A stretch of 64,000 nucleotides of DNA from Clostridia bacterium (GTDB lineage Bacteria > Bacillota > Clostridia > Christensenellales > UBA1242). The stretch covers positions 53,567 to 117,566 of the forward strand of contig JAFTYD010000019.1 of assembly GCA_017464845.1 (NCBI GenBank), written 5' to 3'. The position numbers and the translations under genes are program-made. This document shows, piece after piece, positions 48,474 through 58,388 of this stretch (position 1 is the first letter of the stretch; each line of letters begins with the position of its first letter). The notes beneath the pieces were generated by a model. It saw only the letters and a list, made by a program, of their open reading frames with translations. It was not told where the DNA came from and did not search any database.

Positions 48474-50195
48474 TTAAAAAATTTCTTTTAAATTTTTAAT
48501 AGCAATATTAATAAAATTTTCTTTTTTTTCTTTGTCTAGATTAAGAAATTTATAAACTAATTTTTTTATTTCAACATTACTATTTTTTAAATAACTTTTT
48601 AAATTGTCTTTTGATAATTCATCTTCAATATTTTTAAAATAGCTATAAAAATTTTTTACACTAAAATTTTGAATTTTATTATTTTTCTCTAAAAAACTAT
48701 AAACAACTCCTTTAAAGAAATTATAATATTCATCATTTGCAAAACTATAAAAACCATTATTTTTAAGCAATTTATTATAAATATTTGATAAAATCAAGTA
48801 AATTTTATCCTTTTTACGCTCTTTTTTTGAAATATATAATTTTTTAAACTCACCTTCCAAAGCATCAAAATTTTTTAGTTCTTCATTAATAACTTCCCAA
48901 GATGATATAATTTCTACTATCTCTTTTTCAACATTTTGATAATTATTTGTATATTTAAATTTTAAATAACCAATTAAATTTTGAGTAAAATTAAATATAA
49001 AATATACAAAACATACACCCTCATTTTCTGCTTTTATTCTATGATATTTTATTCCATTATACTCATTTATTTTAGTAATATTTTCTATAATTTTTGTATT
49101 ATCTTTTACAAGTGAATTTTTAAAGTTTTTAATTGCTTTTTTCATGTCGTTTTCTGATGAAATTTCTGCAATTTTATTTACAAGTATTTCATCATCATTA
49201 ATGTAACTTATTAACGAATAAATTTTATCATTTTTTTCTATTACATTGACAGACCAAATATTATTAATTTTAAACTTAAAATTGAAATTAAAATTGTTTA
49301 TTACATAATATTTATCATCAGATTTATATTCTTTTAAAAGAAGATTCTTTTTCAATTCTTTTACAACAAATTCTTCATTAAAAGTTTTTAAACCATTCTC
49401 AAAATTACCAAAAACCTCATCAATTCTTTTTTCAATAAACCTTTTTTCATCTAATTTTTCTTTTATGAATTTTTCAAATTTTTCATCAACACCATAATTA
49501 AATTTTATTATTTTATAAGCATTTTTAAGCAAAAGCAAAGCATTATTTCTTGCACAAATTTCTCTTGGATCACACATAATCAAAACTGCTTGTTCGTAAG
49601 AAAAATCATATTCACGATTTAAACAAATCCTTGGAATCTTTAAACTATCTAACAAATACTTATCGCTATTTAAATATTCAAGATCAAAACTATTTAGATT
49701 CCCCTTTTTATATTTTTTATACATTTTTTCCAAATTATAATAAAAAAATTCATACATTGCACTATAAAAAATTTCAGGCGCAATACTATCTTTTTCATCT
49801 TTTACAAATAATTTTATATTTAAAACAATAGCATTTTGAGTTATACCATTCGCATCATCAATTTCACTTGGAAAATTTGTTACTAAAAACAAATCTTCAT
49901 TGTTATAATTTTCATCAAATATCAAACTTACTAATATCCCACCTAGCTCATCTAATTTTTTTGCAAGTGATATTTTTTCCCAATTTTTATAATAAAAAAT
50001 TTTATAATGATCTTCAATTAAATTTCCACCATTAAGAATTTTATCAATAAATTCATCATCTTCTTTTTTAATATTTGTTATGATGTAATTTATATAATCA
50101 TCAATAACATCTGGATCATCATACTTTATATCGTTTAATTTTTTATTTTTAAATCTAATATCTTCATGATCACTAAAATTAATTATTTTTCCCAT
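48474..50195 (-). CDS. large hypothetical protein (573 aa, Lys/Asn/Glu-rich, no recognisable domain)
   Basis: A 1.7-kb uninterrupted ORF in an AT-rich genome. TATAAT lies 6 nt upstream of the ATG and there is no Shine-Dalgarno sequence. Confidence 0.6.
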   Translation of the reverse strand: MGKIINFSDHEDIRFKNKKLNDIKYDDPDVIDDYINYIITNIKKEDDEFIDKILNGGNLIEDHYKIFYYKNWEKISLAKKLDELGGILVSLIFDENYNNEDLFLVTNFPSEIDDANGITQNAIVLNIKLFVKDEKDSIAPEIFYSAMYEFFYYNLEKMYKKYKKGNLNSFDLEYLNSDKYLLDSLKIPRICLNREYDFSYEQAVLIMCDPREICARNNALLLLKNAYKIIKFNYGVDEKFEKFIKEKLDEKRFIEKRIDEVFGNFENGLKTFNEEFVVKELKKNLLLKEYKSDDKYYVINNFNFNFKFKINNIWSVNVIEKNDKIYSLISYINDDEILVNKIAEISSENDMKKAIKNFKNSLVKDNTKIIENITKINEYNGIKYHRIKAENEGVCFVYFIFNFTQNLIGYLKFKYTNNYQNVEKEIVEIISSWEVINEELKNFDALEGEFKKLYISKKERKKDKIYLILSNIYNKLLKNNGFYSFANDEYYNFFKGVVYSFLEKNNKIQNFSVKNFYSYFKNIEDELSKDNLKSYLKNSNVEIKKLVYKFLNLDKEKKENFINIAIKNLKEIF

Positions 50196-50258
50196 TTTTA
50201 AATTATAACAAAATCATTATTTTTTTAGCAACACTTTAACATAAAAAAAAAGATAGAA

Positions 50259-50486
50259 TTATTTTCTATCTTTATCCATTAAGGAAATTCTTCCAAAATT
50301 TATGATTGGAGATATTATCATCCAGAGAGCAGCAAGCAAAATTAAAATATAAACAACAATTGCTCCAGCACTTCTATATCCACCAAATATTACTGAAACA
50401 AGATTGAAATCAAAGATTCCAACAAGTCCCCAATTTAATGCACCGATTACTGTTAAAACATAAGCAATCCAATTTCCTATTATCAT
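50259..50486 (-). CDS. DUF378-family small membrane protein
   Basis: 75 aa, two TM helices, characteristic GALNWGLVG motif. Confidence 0.8.
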   Translation of the reverse strand: MIIGNWIAYVLTVIGALNWGLVGIFDFNLVSVIFGGYRSAGAIVVYILILLAALWMIISPIINFGRISLMDKDRK

Positions 50487-50568
50487 ATTTCCCTCCTACA
50501 ATTAGAATTTGAAATATGACAGTTTTTATTCAAAAATAATAATTTTTTTATTAAAAATTACTTTTTTA

Positions 50569-51408
50569 TTAGAATTTATACCCATAATTTGAATAATTTC
50601 TATCTCTCCAATCTTTGTCAACTTTAACAAAAAGTTTTAACAAGACTTGTTTATCAAGTAATTCTTCAGCATATTCTCTTGATTTTTGACCAATGATTTT
50701 TAAGTTTTTTCCACCCTTTCCAATTATAATACCCTTATGAGAATCTCTCTCACAAATTATATTTGCTTCAATAATAACTATATCATTTTTTTCATCAAAT
50801 CTTTCTGTTTCAATAGCAATACCATGAGGAACTTCTTTATCAAACATATTAAGTGCTTGTCCACGAATATCTTCTTCAATCAAAAATTTTATACTTTTAT
50901 CAGTAAACAAATCTTCATCATAAATCCTTGTTGAACATTCTGGTAACGAATCAACAATACTTTCAATTACTTTATCAATATTTTCCCCTGTTATACTTGA
51001 AATTTTTAGAAAATTTTCCATATCAATTTTTTGTTTTTTATCACACTTAGTTTGTAAATAAATAACATTTAATTCTTTTTCTTTCAACATATTTATATAA
51101 TCAATTTCTTCTTGATCCAATTCTTTTGAACCATCAATAAGATATAGTAAAACATCAACACTTGAAATCGCATTCCTAACATTTTTCATCATATATCTGT
51201 CTAAATTATTTTTACTATGATGAATTCCTGGTGTATCAACTAAAATAATTTGATAATTTTCTCCATTTAATATGCCTAAAATATTATTTCTTGTTGTTTG
51301 AGGTTTACTTGATACAATTGCAACTCGCTCTCCCACCAATCTATTAACCAAACTACTCTTTCCAGCATTTGCTCTACCAATCACACCAACATATCCACAC
51401 TTAATCAT
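50569..51408 (-). CDS. era: GTPase Era
   Basis: GRANAGKSS (G1), DTPG, TKCD (G4), and a C-terminal KH domain (IIGKGGKNLK). ATG at 51408 (MIKCGYVGVIG). The track start at 51417 is a TTG. Confidence 0.95.
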   Translation of the reverse strand: MIKCGYVGVIGRANAGKSSLVNRLVGERVAIVSSKPQTTRNNILGILNGENYQIILVDTPGIHHSKNNLDRYMMKNVRNAISSVDVLLYLIDGSKELDQEEIDYINMLKEKELNVIYLQTKCDKKQKIDMENFLKISSITGENIDKVIESIVDSLPECSTRIYDEDLFTDKSIKFLIEEDIRGQALNMFDKEVPHGIAIETERFDEKNDIVIIEANIICERDSHKGIIIGKGGKNLKIIGQKSREYAEELLDKQVLLKLFVKVDKDWRDRNYSNYGYKF

Positions 51409-51880
51409 CTCTACCAACCTTAACTTTTTCTAAAATTTCTTTTGCAATACCTTGCATAATTATTTCATCTTCTTTCTCTATATGGTCATAACCTAAAAGA
51501 TGTAACAATCCATGTAAAGCTAAAAAACAAACTTCTCTCTTAAATGAATGATTATATTCTTCAGCTTGAGCTAATGCTTTTTCTTTACAAATAATAATAT
51601 CACCAAGATAAATATTTCCATCATCAATATCAGCAAATTCTTCAAAATCAGTTATTTTATCATCTGGTGTTTTTTCAAGCATAGGAAAAGATAAAACATC
51701 TGTTATTTTATCAATTCCTCTATAATTTGAATTTAATTGTCTTATTTCTTCCTCATCAGTAAAAAACACTCCAACACTTACATTCTCTTTACTTTCATTT
51801 AAGAAATTTAATGTAAAATCAAATATTTCAGTTATTTTTACTTCTAAATCTTCTTCAAGTCCTTCAAAATCAATTATCAT
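51401..51880 (-). CDS. ybeY: rRNA maturation RNase YbeY
   Basis: HGLLHLLGYDH zinc motif. Confidence 0.95.
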   Translation of the reverse strand: MIIDFEGLEEDLEVKITEIFDFTLNFLNESKENVSVGVFFTDEEEIRQLNSNYRGIDKITDVLSFPMLEKTPDDKITDFEEFADIDDGNIYLGDIIICKEKALAQAEEYNHSFKREVCFLALHGLLHLLGYDHIEKEDEIIMQGIAKEILEKVKVGRDD

Positions 51881-53004
51881 AAGTAACCTCCAATCTGTCT
51901 TTCAGCAGTTATAACATAATTAACAATTGTTATTCCAACTGAAGATTTTGTTGAATAAAATTCTTTAATTACTATATCATATTTCAGTAATTTTTTCAAA
52001 GCATTTAACCTAGCCTTATCAATAACTTCTTCCTTGACACTTTCAAATGGTTTTTCAATTAAGACACTTTCTAATTCATAGATTATATGTTTATTTAGTT
52101 TAAATGGTAATATAATGTTTTTATTTAAATCTTGAGAATAACTTTCTTCCTCAAATAATTTAAATTTATTTTCTTTTTTATTTTTATAAATTTCTAATCC
52201 ACAAAGAGTTACTTCACTATTTTCAATTTTTTTTCCTGTTCTTGTTGTTTCATAATATTTATCAAAATATTCAACTACCCCCATATTCCAAGTCTCAGCA
52301 TAAACTTTTGCACATGCTTCAACTTCCTTATTTCTACCTTGAGAATCTAATATATAAGGAAAAACAAGAATATCTCCCTTTTTAACAATATCTCCAACCT
52401 TTATATTAAGTGTTCCAGAAACTAATTCAACTTTTGTTATTTTTCCATCAAAAAGCGCAAATAAAGGCGAAAAATCACCATATATTTCGCTAGGTAATAA
52501 TTTTTCTTTAATATTTACAACTAAAGTTTGTCCTTTTATAATAACACTTACATAACTTATATTTTCAAATTCGTTTACTAACGAAATTTCAACATCTTTT
52601 ACATTTATTTTATTTTTATTTGAAACAAAATTATCTTTAATAAAATCAATAATTTCTTTTGTTGATAAATCTTTATTTCCCACAATCTGATAGTTTTTTA
52701 TATAAATATTTTGAAAAAAAATCAACATAAGTGATAATAAAAAACCAACAATAAGACCAATTGACGAAAAAAAATTTAAAAATAGTTTATAAAAACCAAG
52801 CTTTTTTATTTCGATAATTTCAAAATTATTTTCAATTAATATTTTCTTAGTCTTTTTTAAATCACTATATTCTACACCAAAAATAAACTCATCTTTTGAG
52901 ATTCTATCATAATCATAAATTTTTATATCTTTTATTATTCTATTAATATACTTCTCTTGATTTAATCCTTTTACCTTTATCTTACAAATATTTCTTATCA
53001 TCAA
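51877..53004 (-). CDS. yqfD: sporulation protein YqfD family
   Basis: 375 aa with one central TM segment. Position directly after yqfC with an ATGA overlap. The N-terminal pattern (KIKVKGLNQEKYINRII) is typical of YqfD. Confidence 0.75.
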   Translation of the reverse strand: MMIRNICKIKVKGLNQEKYINRIIKDIKIYDYDRISKDEFIFGVEYSDLKKTKKILIENNFEIIEIKKLGFYKLFLNFFSSIGLIVGFLLSLMLIFFQNIYIKNYQIVGNKDLSTKEIIDFIKDNFVSNKNKINVKDVEISLVNEFENISYVSVIIKGQTLVVNIKEKLLPSEIYGDFSPLFALFDGKITKVELVSGTLNIKVGDIVKKGDILVFPYILDSQGRNKEVEACAKVYAETWNMGVVEYFDKYYETTRTGKKIENSEVTLCGLEIYKNKKENKFKLFEEESYSQDLNKNIILPFKLNKHIIYELESVLIEKPFESVKEEVIDKARLNALKKLLKYDIVIKEFYSTKSSVGITIVNYVITAERQIGGYL

Positions 53005-53264
53005 AAAGTCTCCACTAACTTTATTTTTCCAACAATTTTTATCGTATTATCTGTAAGTTCAGAAATTATCAAATTTTCTCCTTCAACAACTATTCTTCCA
53101 CCTTTAACTTTGAAAACAATAATTTCCTTTGACAAAGAAGTAATACCAATATGTCCCTCAATATACAAAATAGAGCCAGAAATATTTATAATATTATAAC
53201 TATCCAATGTTATTTTTTTTAAATATTTTAAATCACTTTTTATTTCATTAAAAAAATTGAACAC
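53001..53264 (-). CDS. yqfC: YabP/YqfC-family sporulation protein
   Basis: 87 aa with the pattern ILYIEGHIGITSL...IVVEGENLIISELTDNTIKIVGKI. Paired with yqfD. Confidence 0.75.
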   Translation of the reverse strand: MFNFFNEIKSDLKYLKKITLDSYNIINISGSILYIEGHIGITSLSKEIIVFKVKGGRIVVEGENLIISELTDNTIKIVGKIKLVETF

Positions 53265-53324
53265 ATTTGCTCCTTTATATAATTAATTATTATATAAAAT
53301 ATGCGTGTTCAATTTTGTTTAGAA

Positions 53325-53798
53325 TTAATACTCATCATTAAAAAAATCTTTCTTTTTCAGAATATCAGATACAAGTAAGATTTTTATATCCTTTGGAAGA
53401 TTCTTTATTGAATCTGCTAAAATTTCATTTGTTAAATAATTTTTATAAGAATGTTTTTCTTGAAATTCTTCAAAATCATCTTTATTATCAGATTCTCCTA
53501 TTTGATTATAAAAAGCTTCAAAATCAAAAGGTTTTTCTTCTTTATCTTCAACCTCATAACTTTCACTAATTACTGGTTCCAAATCTGCTTCTGTTAAAGA
53601 TTCATTATCAATTGGAGTAAATTCAAAATCAGATTCTTCTTTAACTTCAAAATCAGATTCTTCTTTTTTCTCTTCAGGTGCTACTGAAGGAGTAAATTTT
53701 GGAATTTTACCCATTTTTCTATTTGATAAGAAAAAGATAATAATTAGCAACAATAAAATTCCAGCACCAATTAAAGAAATAATTAAAGTTGTAGACAT
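53325..53798 (-). CDS. membrane-anchored acidic protein with a short tandem repeat
   Basis: N-terminal TM helix, then an E/D-rich region with a duplicated KEESDFE unit. Confidence 0.55.
   Translation of the reverse strand: MSTTLIISLIGAGILLLLIIIFFLSNRKMGKIPKFTPSVAPEEKKEESDFEVKEESDFEFTPIDNESLTEADLEPVISESYEVEDKEEKPFDFEAFYNQIGESDNKDDFEEFQEKHSYKNYLTNEILADSIKNLPKDIKILLVSDILKKKDFFNDEY
53621..53668. repeat. tandem duplication (two ~21-bp units) inside the acidic protein gene
   Basis: The plus strand reads ttcaaaatcagattcttcttt twice in tandem, encoding KEESDFE twice. Confidence 0.7.
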
Positions 53799-53811
53799 AC
53801 ACCCTCCTTAA

Positions 53812-54801
53812 TTATTCATCCTTAGGTTCATTGTCATCAGTTTCACCTGCAATAGTTTTTCTCATTGCAGTATCAGCTTGAATATTTTGTAATTTATAAT
53901 AATCCATAATATTGAATTTACCATCTTTAATAGCTTGTGCAATAGCTTTTGGAATTTCAGCTTCAGCAGCAAGAACAACAGATTTCATTTCTTGAGTTTT
54001 AGCCTTCATTTCTTGTTCCAAAGCGAAAGCCATAGCTCTTCTCTCTTCAGCATGTGCTTGAGCCATAATTCTCTTTTTGTCAGCTTCATCTTTAATTAAT
54101 TTTGCACCAATATTATTTCCAATATTAATTTCAATTATATCAACAGAAATAACTTCAAAAGCACTTTCAACATCAATTCTTTTTTTCATAATAAACTCAG
54201 AAATAATTTCTGGTTTTTCCATAATTCTTGCAGATCTTTCAGATGACCCAACACAAGAAACTACACATTCACTAACTCTAGCAATAATAGTATCTTCTCC
54301 AGCACCACCTAAAATTTTTTGAATGTTTGTTTTTAAAGTAATACTAGCTTTAACATTAAGTTCAATTCCATCTCTAGCAATAGCAGAAACCCAATCTGTT
54401 TCAACAATTTTTGGAGTAATTAAACTTTTTACAACTTCAACAACATTTCTTCCTGACAAATCAATAGCTTTCAAAAGTTCTAAAGACAAATTATATTTAG
54501 CTGACTTTGATGTAATTAATGCCTCAACAATTCTTCTAATGTTTCCACCTGCTAAATAATGTGTTTCTAAATCATTTATAGAAATATTTATATTAGCTTT
54601 TTTTGCCATACTATAAACAGCAACAATTTCTTGAACTGGTGTTTTTCTCATTTTCAAATTTGCCAATTTTGCCATTGAAATATGAGCACCTGATGTTAAT
54701 GCAATCCACCAAGATTTCATTGGTACAAAAACAAATAACAATGTAACTGCAATAACAACTAAACACAAAAATACTATAAGGACAATTATTCCTGCACTCA
54801 T
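53812..54801 (-). CDS. floA: flotillin-like protein FloA (UPF0365/YqfA, SPFH domain)
   Basis: 329 aa with an N-terminal TM helix and strong similarity in pattern to YqfA (WIALTSGAHISMAKLANLKMRK...DLETHYLAGGN). Confidence 0.88.
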   Translation of the reverse strand: MSAGIIVLIVFLCLVVIAVTLLFVFVPMKSWWIALTSGAHISMAKLANLKMRKTPVQEIVAVYSMAKKANINISINDLETHYLAGGNIRRIVEALITSKSAKYNLSLELLKAIDLSGRNVVEVVKSLITPKIVETDWVSAIARDGIELNVKASITLKTNIQKILGGAGEDTIIARVSECVVSCVGSSERSARIMEKPEIISEFIMKKRIDVESAFEVISVDIIEINIGNNIGAKLIKDEADKKRIMAQAHAEERRAMAFALEQEMKAKTQEMKSVVLAAEAEIPKAIAQAIKDGKFNIMDYYKLQNIQADTAMRKTIAGETDDNEPKDE

Positions 54802-54993
54802 TTTAACCTCTCTTTGTTATTATAAAAACGAAAAATTTTAATTTTGTTTTACAAAAAAAACAATAAATTATCTTTCTAATTTATTATAATCACAATTATA
54901 ACATATAAAGTTCTATTTGTAAATATATTTTTTTAAATTACTTTTTTATAATAAAATATATTAAAAAATAATGCAAAATTTGATTTTTTTGCA

Positions 54994-55821
54994 TTATTTA
55001 ATAAAACTTCTTTGATAAAAGAAAAGATATTGTTGTGCATAACCTGAATAATCTCCAAACATTTCGACAAGATTTTTTCTCATAATTTCTCTATTTTCTT
55101 CCTTACCTATAAAATTATTATACATTTGACAAATCCAAGTATCAACAGGAAAAACTGTTTGTCTTCCATAACCAAAGAGCAAAATACAATCAGCAACTTT
55201 TGGTCCAACACCCATTAGCTTTATAAGTTCTTTTCTAAGTTCTTCTGTGGGAAGAAAATTAAAACTATTAAGTTTTTCATCATCAATTTGCCTTATGACT
55301 TGATATAAATATTTTGCTCTATAACCTGCACCTATTTTCTTAAAAAATTCTTCATCTTTTGAAAGCATTTTTTCTCTAGTTGGAAAAGCAAAATATCCAT
55401 CTTTTCTCTCTCCAATTTCTTCTTTCATTCTGTTAATTATAAGTTGAATTCTTTTTATATTATTGTTTGCAGAAATTATAAAAGAAATCAACATTTCAAA
55501 TAAATTTTGTTTTAGAATTCTAATTCCATAACCAAACTCAATTGGTTCTTTCATAAATTTAAATTCAAGTAACTTATTTTTAATAATTGAATAATCATTT
55601 TTTAAATCAAAAAAATCTTCAAAATATTTAGGAAAATTTGTTTTTATTTTTACACAATTTTCATTTTCTTCAACAAGAGCACACTTATCCTCTGAATAAA
55701 CTTTATAACCATTTTCAATTTTTTCATAAGTAAAAATTTGGCCACATTCTAAAATGTGTTTACAATTAAAATCTTGTTTATCATAAATTATAATTTCGTT
55801 CTCTAAAATCTCATATTTCAT
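54994..55821 (-). CDS. ogg: 8-oxoguanine DNA glycosylase / AP lyase (HhH-GPD, Ogg type)
   Basis: The HhH-GPD motif LMGVGPKVADCILLFGYGRQTVFPVDTW aligns with the OGG1 catalytic Lys and Asp contexts. Confidence 0.82.
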   Translation of the reverse strand: MKYEILENEIIIYDKQDFNCKHILECGQIFTYEKIENGYKVYSEDKCALVEENENCVKIKTNFPKYFEDFFDLKNDYSIIKNKLLEFKFMKEPIEFGYGIRILKQNLFEMLISFIISANNNIKRIQLIINRMKEEIGERKDGYFAFPTREKMLSKDEEFFKKIGAGYRAKYLYQVIRQIDDEKLNSFNFLPTEELRKELIKLMGVGPKVADCILLFGYGRQTVFPVDTWICQMYNNFIGKEENREIMRKNLVEMFGDYSGYAQQYLFFYQRSFIK

Positions 55822-55874
55822 AAATACCTCAAATTATAAAAAATAGTTTGCTTAAATAAAGCAAACTATTAAAA

Positions 55875-56147
55875 TTATTCAGCAATAACACTTACTATTT
55901 TTTTACCATTGCTCATACCAAAAGATACTTTTCCTGCTTTAAGAGCAAAAAGAGTAAAATCTTTTCCAAGTCCAACATTTGTACCTGGATAAATTCTTGT
56001 TCCTCTTTGTCTGATAATGATTGAACCAGCATTAACTACTTCACCATCATATGCCTTAACACCAAGTCTTTTACTTTGAGAGTCTCTTCCGTTTTTAGTA
56101 CTACCGCCACCCTTTTTATGAGCAAAGAGTTGTAAATCAAATCTCAT
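55875..56147 (-). CDS. rpmA: 50S ribosomal protein L27 with a cleavable N-terminal extension
   Basis: [23 protein letters not shown]. The start at 56147 follows GGAGG. The longer track ORF is read-through into prp. Confidence 0.95.
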   Translation of the reverse strand: MRFDLQLFAHKKGGGSTKNGRDSQSKRLGVKAYDGEVVNAGSIIIRQRGTRIYPGTNVGLGKDFTLFALKAGKVSFGMSNGKKIVSVIAE

Positions 56148-56463
56148 TTCGGACCTCCATTCTAACATATTTTTTTTCGTCAACAATAATTTCTCTAATT
56201 GATTTTTCAAAAGTTTTAAAAAGCACTTGAGCTTTTTCGTTTTCATAATCACATTCTCTAAGTTTAATCTTTAAATATCCATCTGATATTTCAACAAAAG
56301 CATTCAAATTCAAGATTTCATTTATTCCAACAACAATCATTTGAGAAGTTGAAGAAATTGCACTACAAAGAATATCACTACCTCTTTCAGCTTTTCCAGT
56401 ATGCCCTTTAATTTCAAAACCAATAATTTGACGATTTTTTTTATACAAAATAATATTTGTCAT
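56137..56463 (-). CDS. prp: ribosomal-processing cysteine protease Prp
   Basis: 108 aa between rplU and rpmA, with the GH...DILCSAIS catalytic dyad context. Confidence 0.88.
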   Translation of the reverse strand: MTNIILYKKNRQIIGFEIKGHTGKAERGSDILCSAISSTSQMIVVGINEILNLNAFVEISDGYLKIKLRECDYENEKAQVLFKTFEKSIREIIVDEKKYVRMEVRNEI

Positions 56464-56468
56464 ATTAA

Positions 56469-56777
56469 TTAATATTTAATTGAAACAATCTTTAATTCTG
56501 TATATGGTTGTCTGTGTCCTTGTTTCTTTCTGATATTCTTTTTAGGTTTGTATTTGAAAATAACAACTTTATCAGCTTTTCCTGAACCTAAAACTTCAGC
56601 TTCACAAACAGCACCCTTAACTACAGGATCTCCAGCAACAGTTTTGTTTTCATCAGATACTAATAATACTTCAAGTTGAACTTTATCGCCAACATTGTTT
56701 GATAATTTTTCAACTCTTAAAATATCGTTTTCTGATACTCTATATTGCTTTCCACCAGTTTGAACGATTGCAAACAT
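56469..56777 (-). CDS. rplU: 50S ribosomal protein L21
   Basis: [15 protein letters not shown]-terminus. Confidence 0.97.
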   Translation of the reverse strand: MFAIVQTGGKQYRVSENDILRVEKLSNNVGDKVQLEVLLVSDENKTVAGDPVVKGAVCEAEVLGSGKADKVVIFKYKPKKNIRKKQGHRQPYTELKIVSIKY

Positions 56778-56921
56778 CTAAATTACCTCCTCTTTCCAAA
56801 CTCGCTGTAAAAAAGGTGCGAAAATTGAATAGACTTTTAAAAGAATATACCTTTTCGACTTATCAAACCTTTTACATGCGGATACTTTGACATAATACCA
56901 TAAAGTTAAAATTTTGTCAAT
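56778..56921 (-). promoter_or_regulatory. promoter plus ~110-nt leader of rplU-prp-rpmA (possible L21-type ribosomal leader)
   Basis: On the reverse strand: TTGACA (56916-56921), 17-nt spacer, TATTAT (56893-56898), then a long untranslated leader before GAGGAGG. I could not verify the structure against the Rfam L21 leader by eye. Confidence 0.4.
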
Positions 56922-56961
56922 GAATTTCATTAAAAAAAGACTTGAATTTTCAAATCTTTTT

Positions 56962-57867
56962 TCAACACTCTATAACCTTTAGTTTTTTTAAATATTCTGA
57001 AAAATATTTTGGCAAATCTATTTCAAATTTAAGCAATTTTTTTGTTCTAGGATGATAAAATTCTATCTTATAAGAATGTAACAATTGTCCATTTAAATTT
57101 TTATCTTTTTTGCCATATACTTCATCTCCAACAACAGAATGTCCAAGGTACGAAGAATGAACTCTTATTTGATGAGTTCTTCCCGTTTTTAAAGAAAATT
57201 CAACAAGACAATTCCTTTCATATCTTTGTAGAACTTTATAAAAAGTTATTGCTTCTTTTCCACTTTCACAAACTGCCATTTTTTTTCTATCTTTAGGATT
57301 TCTATTCAAAAAAGTTTGAATTTTACCCTCATTTTCTGATAAATTACCCTCCAAAAGTGCCAAATAACATCTTTTACAAGTTTTTTCTTTAATTTGCTCA
57401 GCCAAACTAACATGAGAAAAATCGTTTTTAGCAACAAGCATTAACCCAGATGTATCCTTATCAAGACGGTGTACAATTCCAGGTCTAAGCTTTCCATTTA
57501 TTCCACTCAAATCCTTAATTTTATAAAGTAAACCATTAACCAAAGTTCCACTTTTTTTTGAAGTACATGGATGAACAACTAATCCCTGTGGTTTATTAAT
57601 CACAAGTAAATCACTATCTTCATAGACAATTTCAAAATCAATATCTTCTGGTTCATTACTTATTAATTCAGGTTCTTTTACATCATAAGAAACAATATAA
57701 TTTTCTTTTAATTTTTCACCTGCTTTACAATTTTTTCCATTAACAAAAACAAGTTTTTCTTCAATCATATTTTTAATATGAGATCTAGTAAAATCTGATA
57801 ATTTTTCTTGTAAAAAAACATCTAATCTTTTTCCTGCATCATCTTTTGTTATTTTTAAATCTATCAT
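56962..57867 (-). CDS. rluD: 23S rRNA pseudouridine synthase RluD family
   Basis: N-terminal S4 domain, HRLDKDTSG and GRTHQIRVH. Confidence 0.92.
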   Translation of the reverse strand: MIDLKITKDDAGKRLDVFLQEKLSDFTRSHIKNMIEEKLVFVNGKNCKAGEKLKENYIVSYDVKEPELISNEPEDIDFEIVYEDSDLLVINKPQGLVVHPCTSKKSGTLVNGLLYKIKDLSGINGKLRPGIVHRLDKDTSGLMLVAKNDFSHVSLAEQIKEKTCKRCYLALLEGNLSENEGKIQTFLNRNPKDRKKMAVCESGKEAITFYKVLQRYERNCLVEFSLKTGRTHQIRVHSSYLGHSVVGDEVYGKKDKNLNGQLLHSYKIEFYHPRTKKLLKFEIDLPKYFSEYLKKLKVIEC

Positions 57868-58388
57868 TTCTTTTCTCCACTTTTTTCTTTAAAAGTTAAA
57901 ATAATGATATATAATATAAAAAGTCCAACACCAATAGTTAAACATATATCAGCAATATTAAAAACTGGAAAATCCATAAATTCTAAATTTATAAAATCTC
58001 TAACATAACCAAGGAAAATTCTATCAACTAAATTACCAATAGTTCCTGCCAAAATAAAACCATAAGTAATATTAAAAAGATAAGATTTTGATTTTTCTTT
58101 AATATAATAAAAAATCATTAAAACAAGAAAAATAATTGTAAAAACAATTAAAAATATTTGTTTTCCTGAAAAAATACTCCAAGCAGCCCCAAAATTATGA
58201 ACAGTAAAAAAAGATATAAAACCTTTTATAATTATTTTTTTAGTGCCAAGTTCAATATTATCTTCAACTATATGTTTTGAAATTAAATCAAATATTAAAA
58301 AACCAACAAAGATTGATACCATTAATACAAAAGGTAATATATTTTTAATTGATTTCTTCAATATTAACCCCCTCTGGTAAAATTGCAT
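57864..58388 (-). CDS. lspA: lipoprotein signal peptidase II
   Basis: NxGAAWS-like motif (HNFGAAWSIF), GNLVDR and FNIADI. The start is uncertain: the track start overlaps sepF by 44 nt. Confidence 0.88.
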   Translation of the reverse strand: MQFYQRGLILKKSIKNILPFVLMVSIFVGFLIFDLISKHIVEDNIELGTKKIIIKGFISFFTVHNFGAAWSIFSGKQIFLIVFTIIFLVLMIFYYIKEKSKSYLFNITYGFILAGTIGNLVDRIFLGYVRDFINLEFMDFPVFNIADICLTIGVGLFILYIIILTFKEKSGEKK

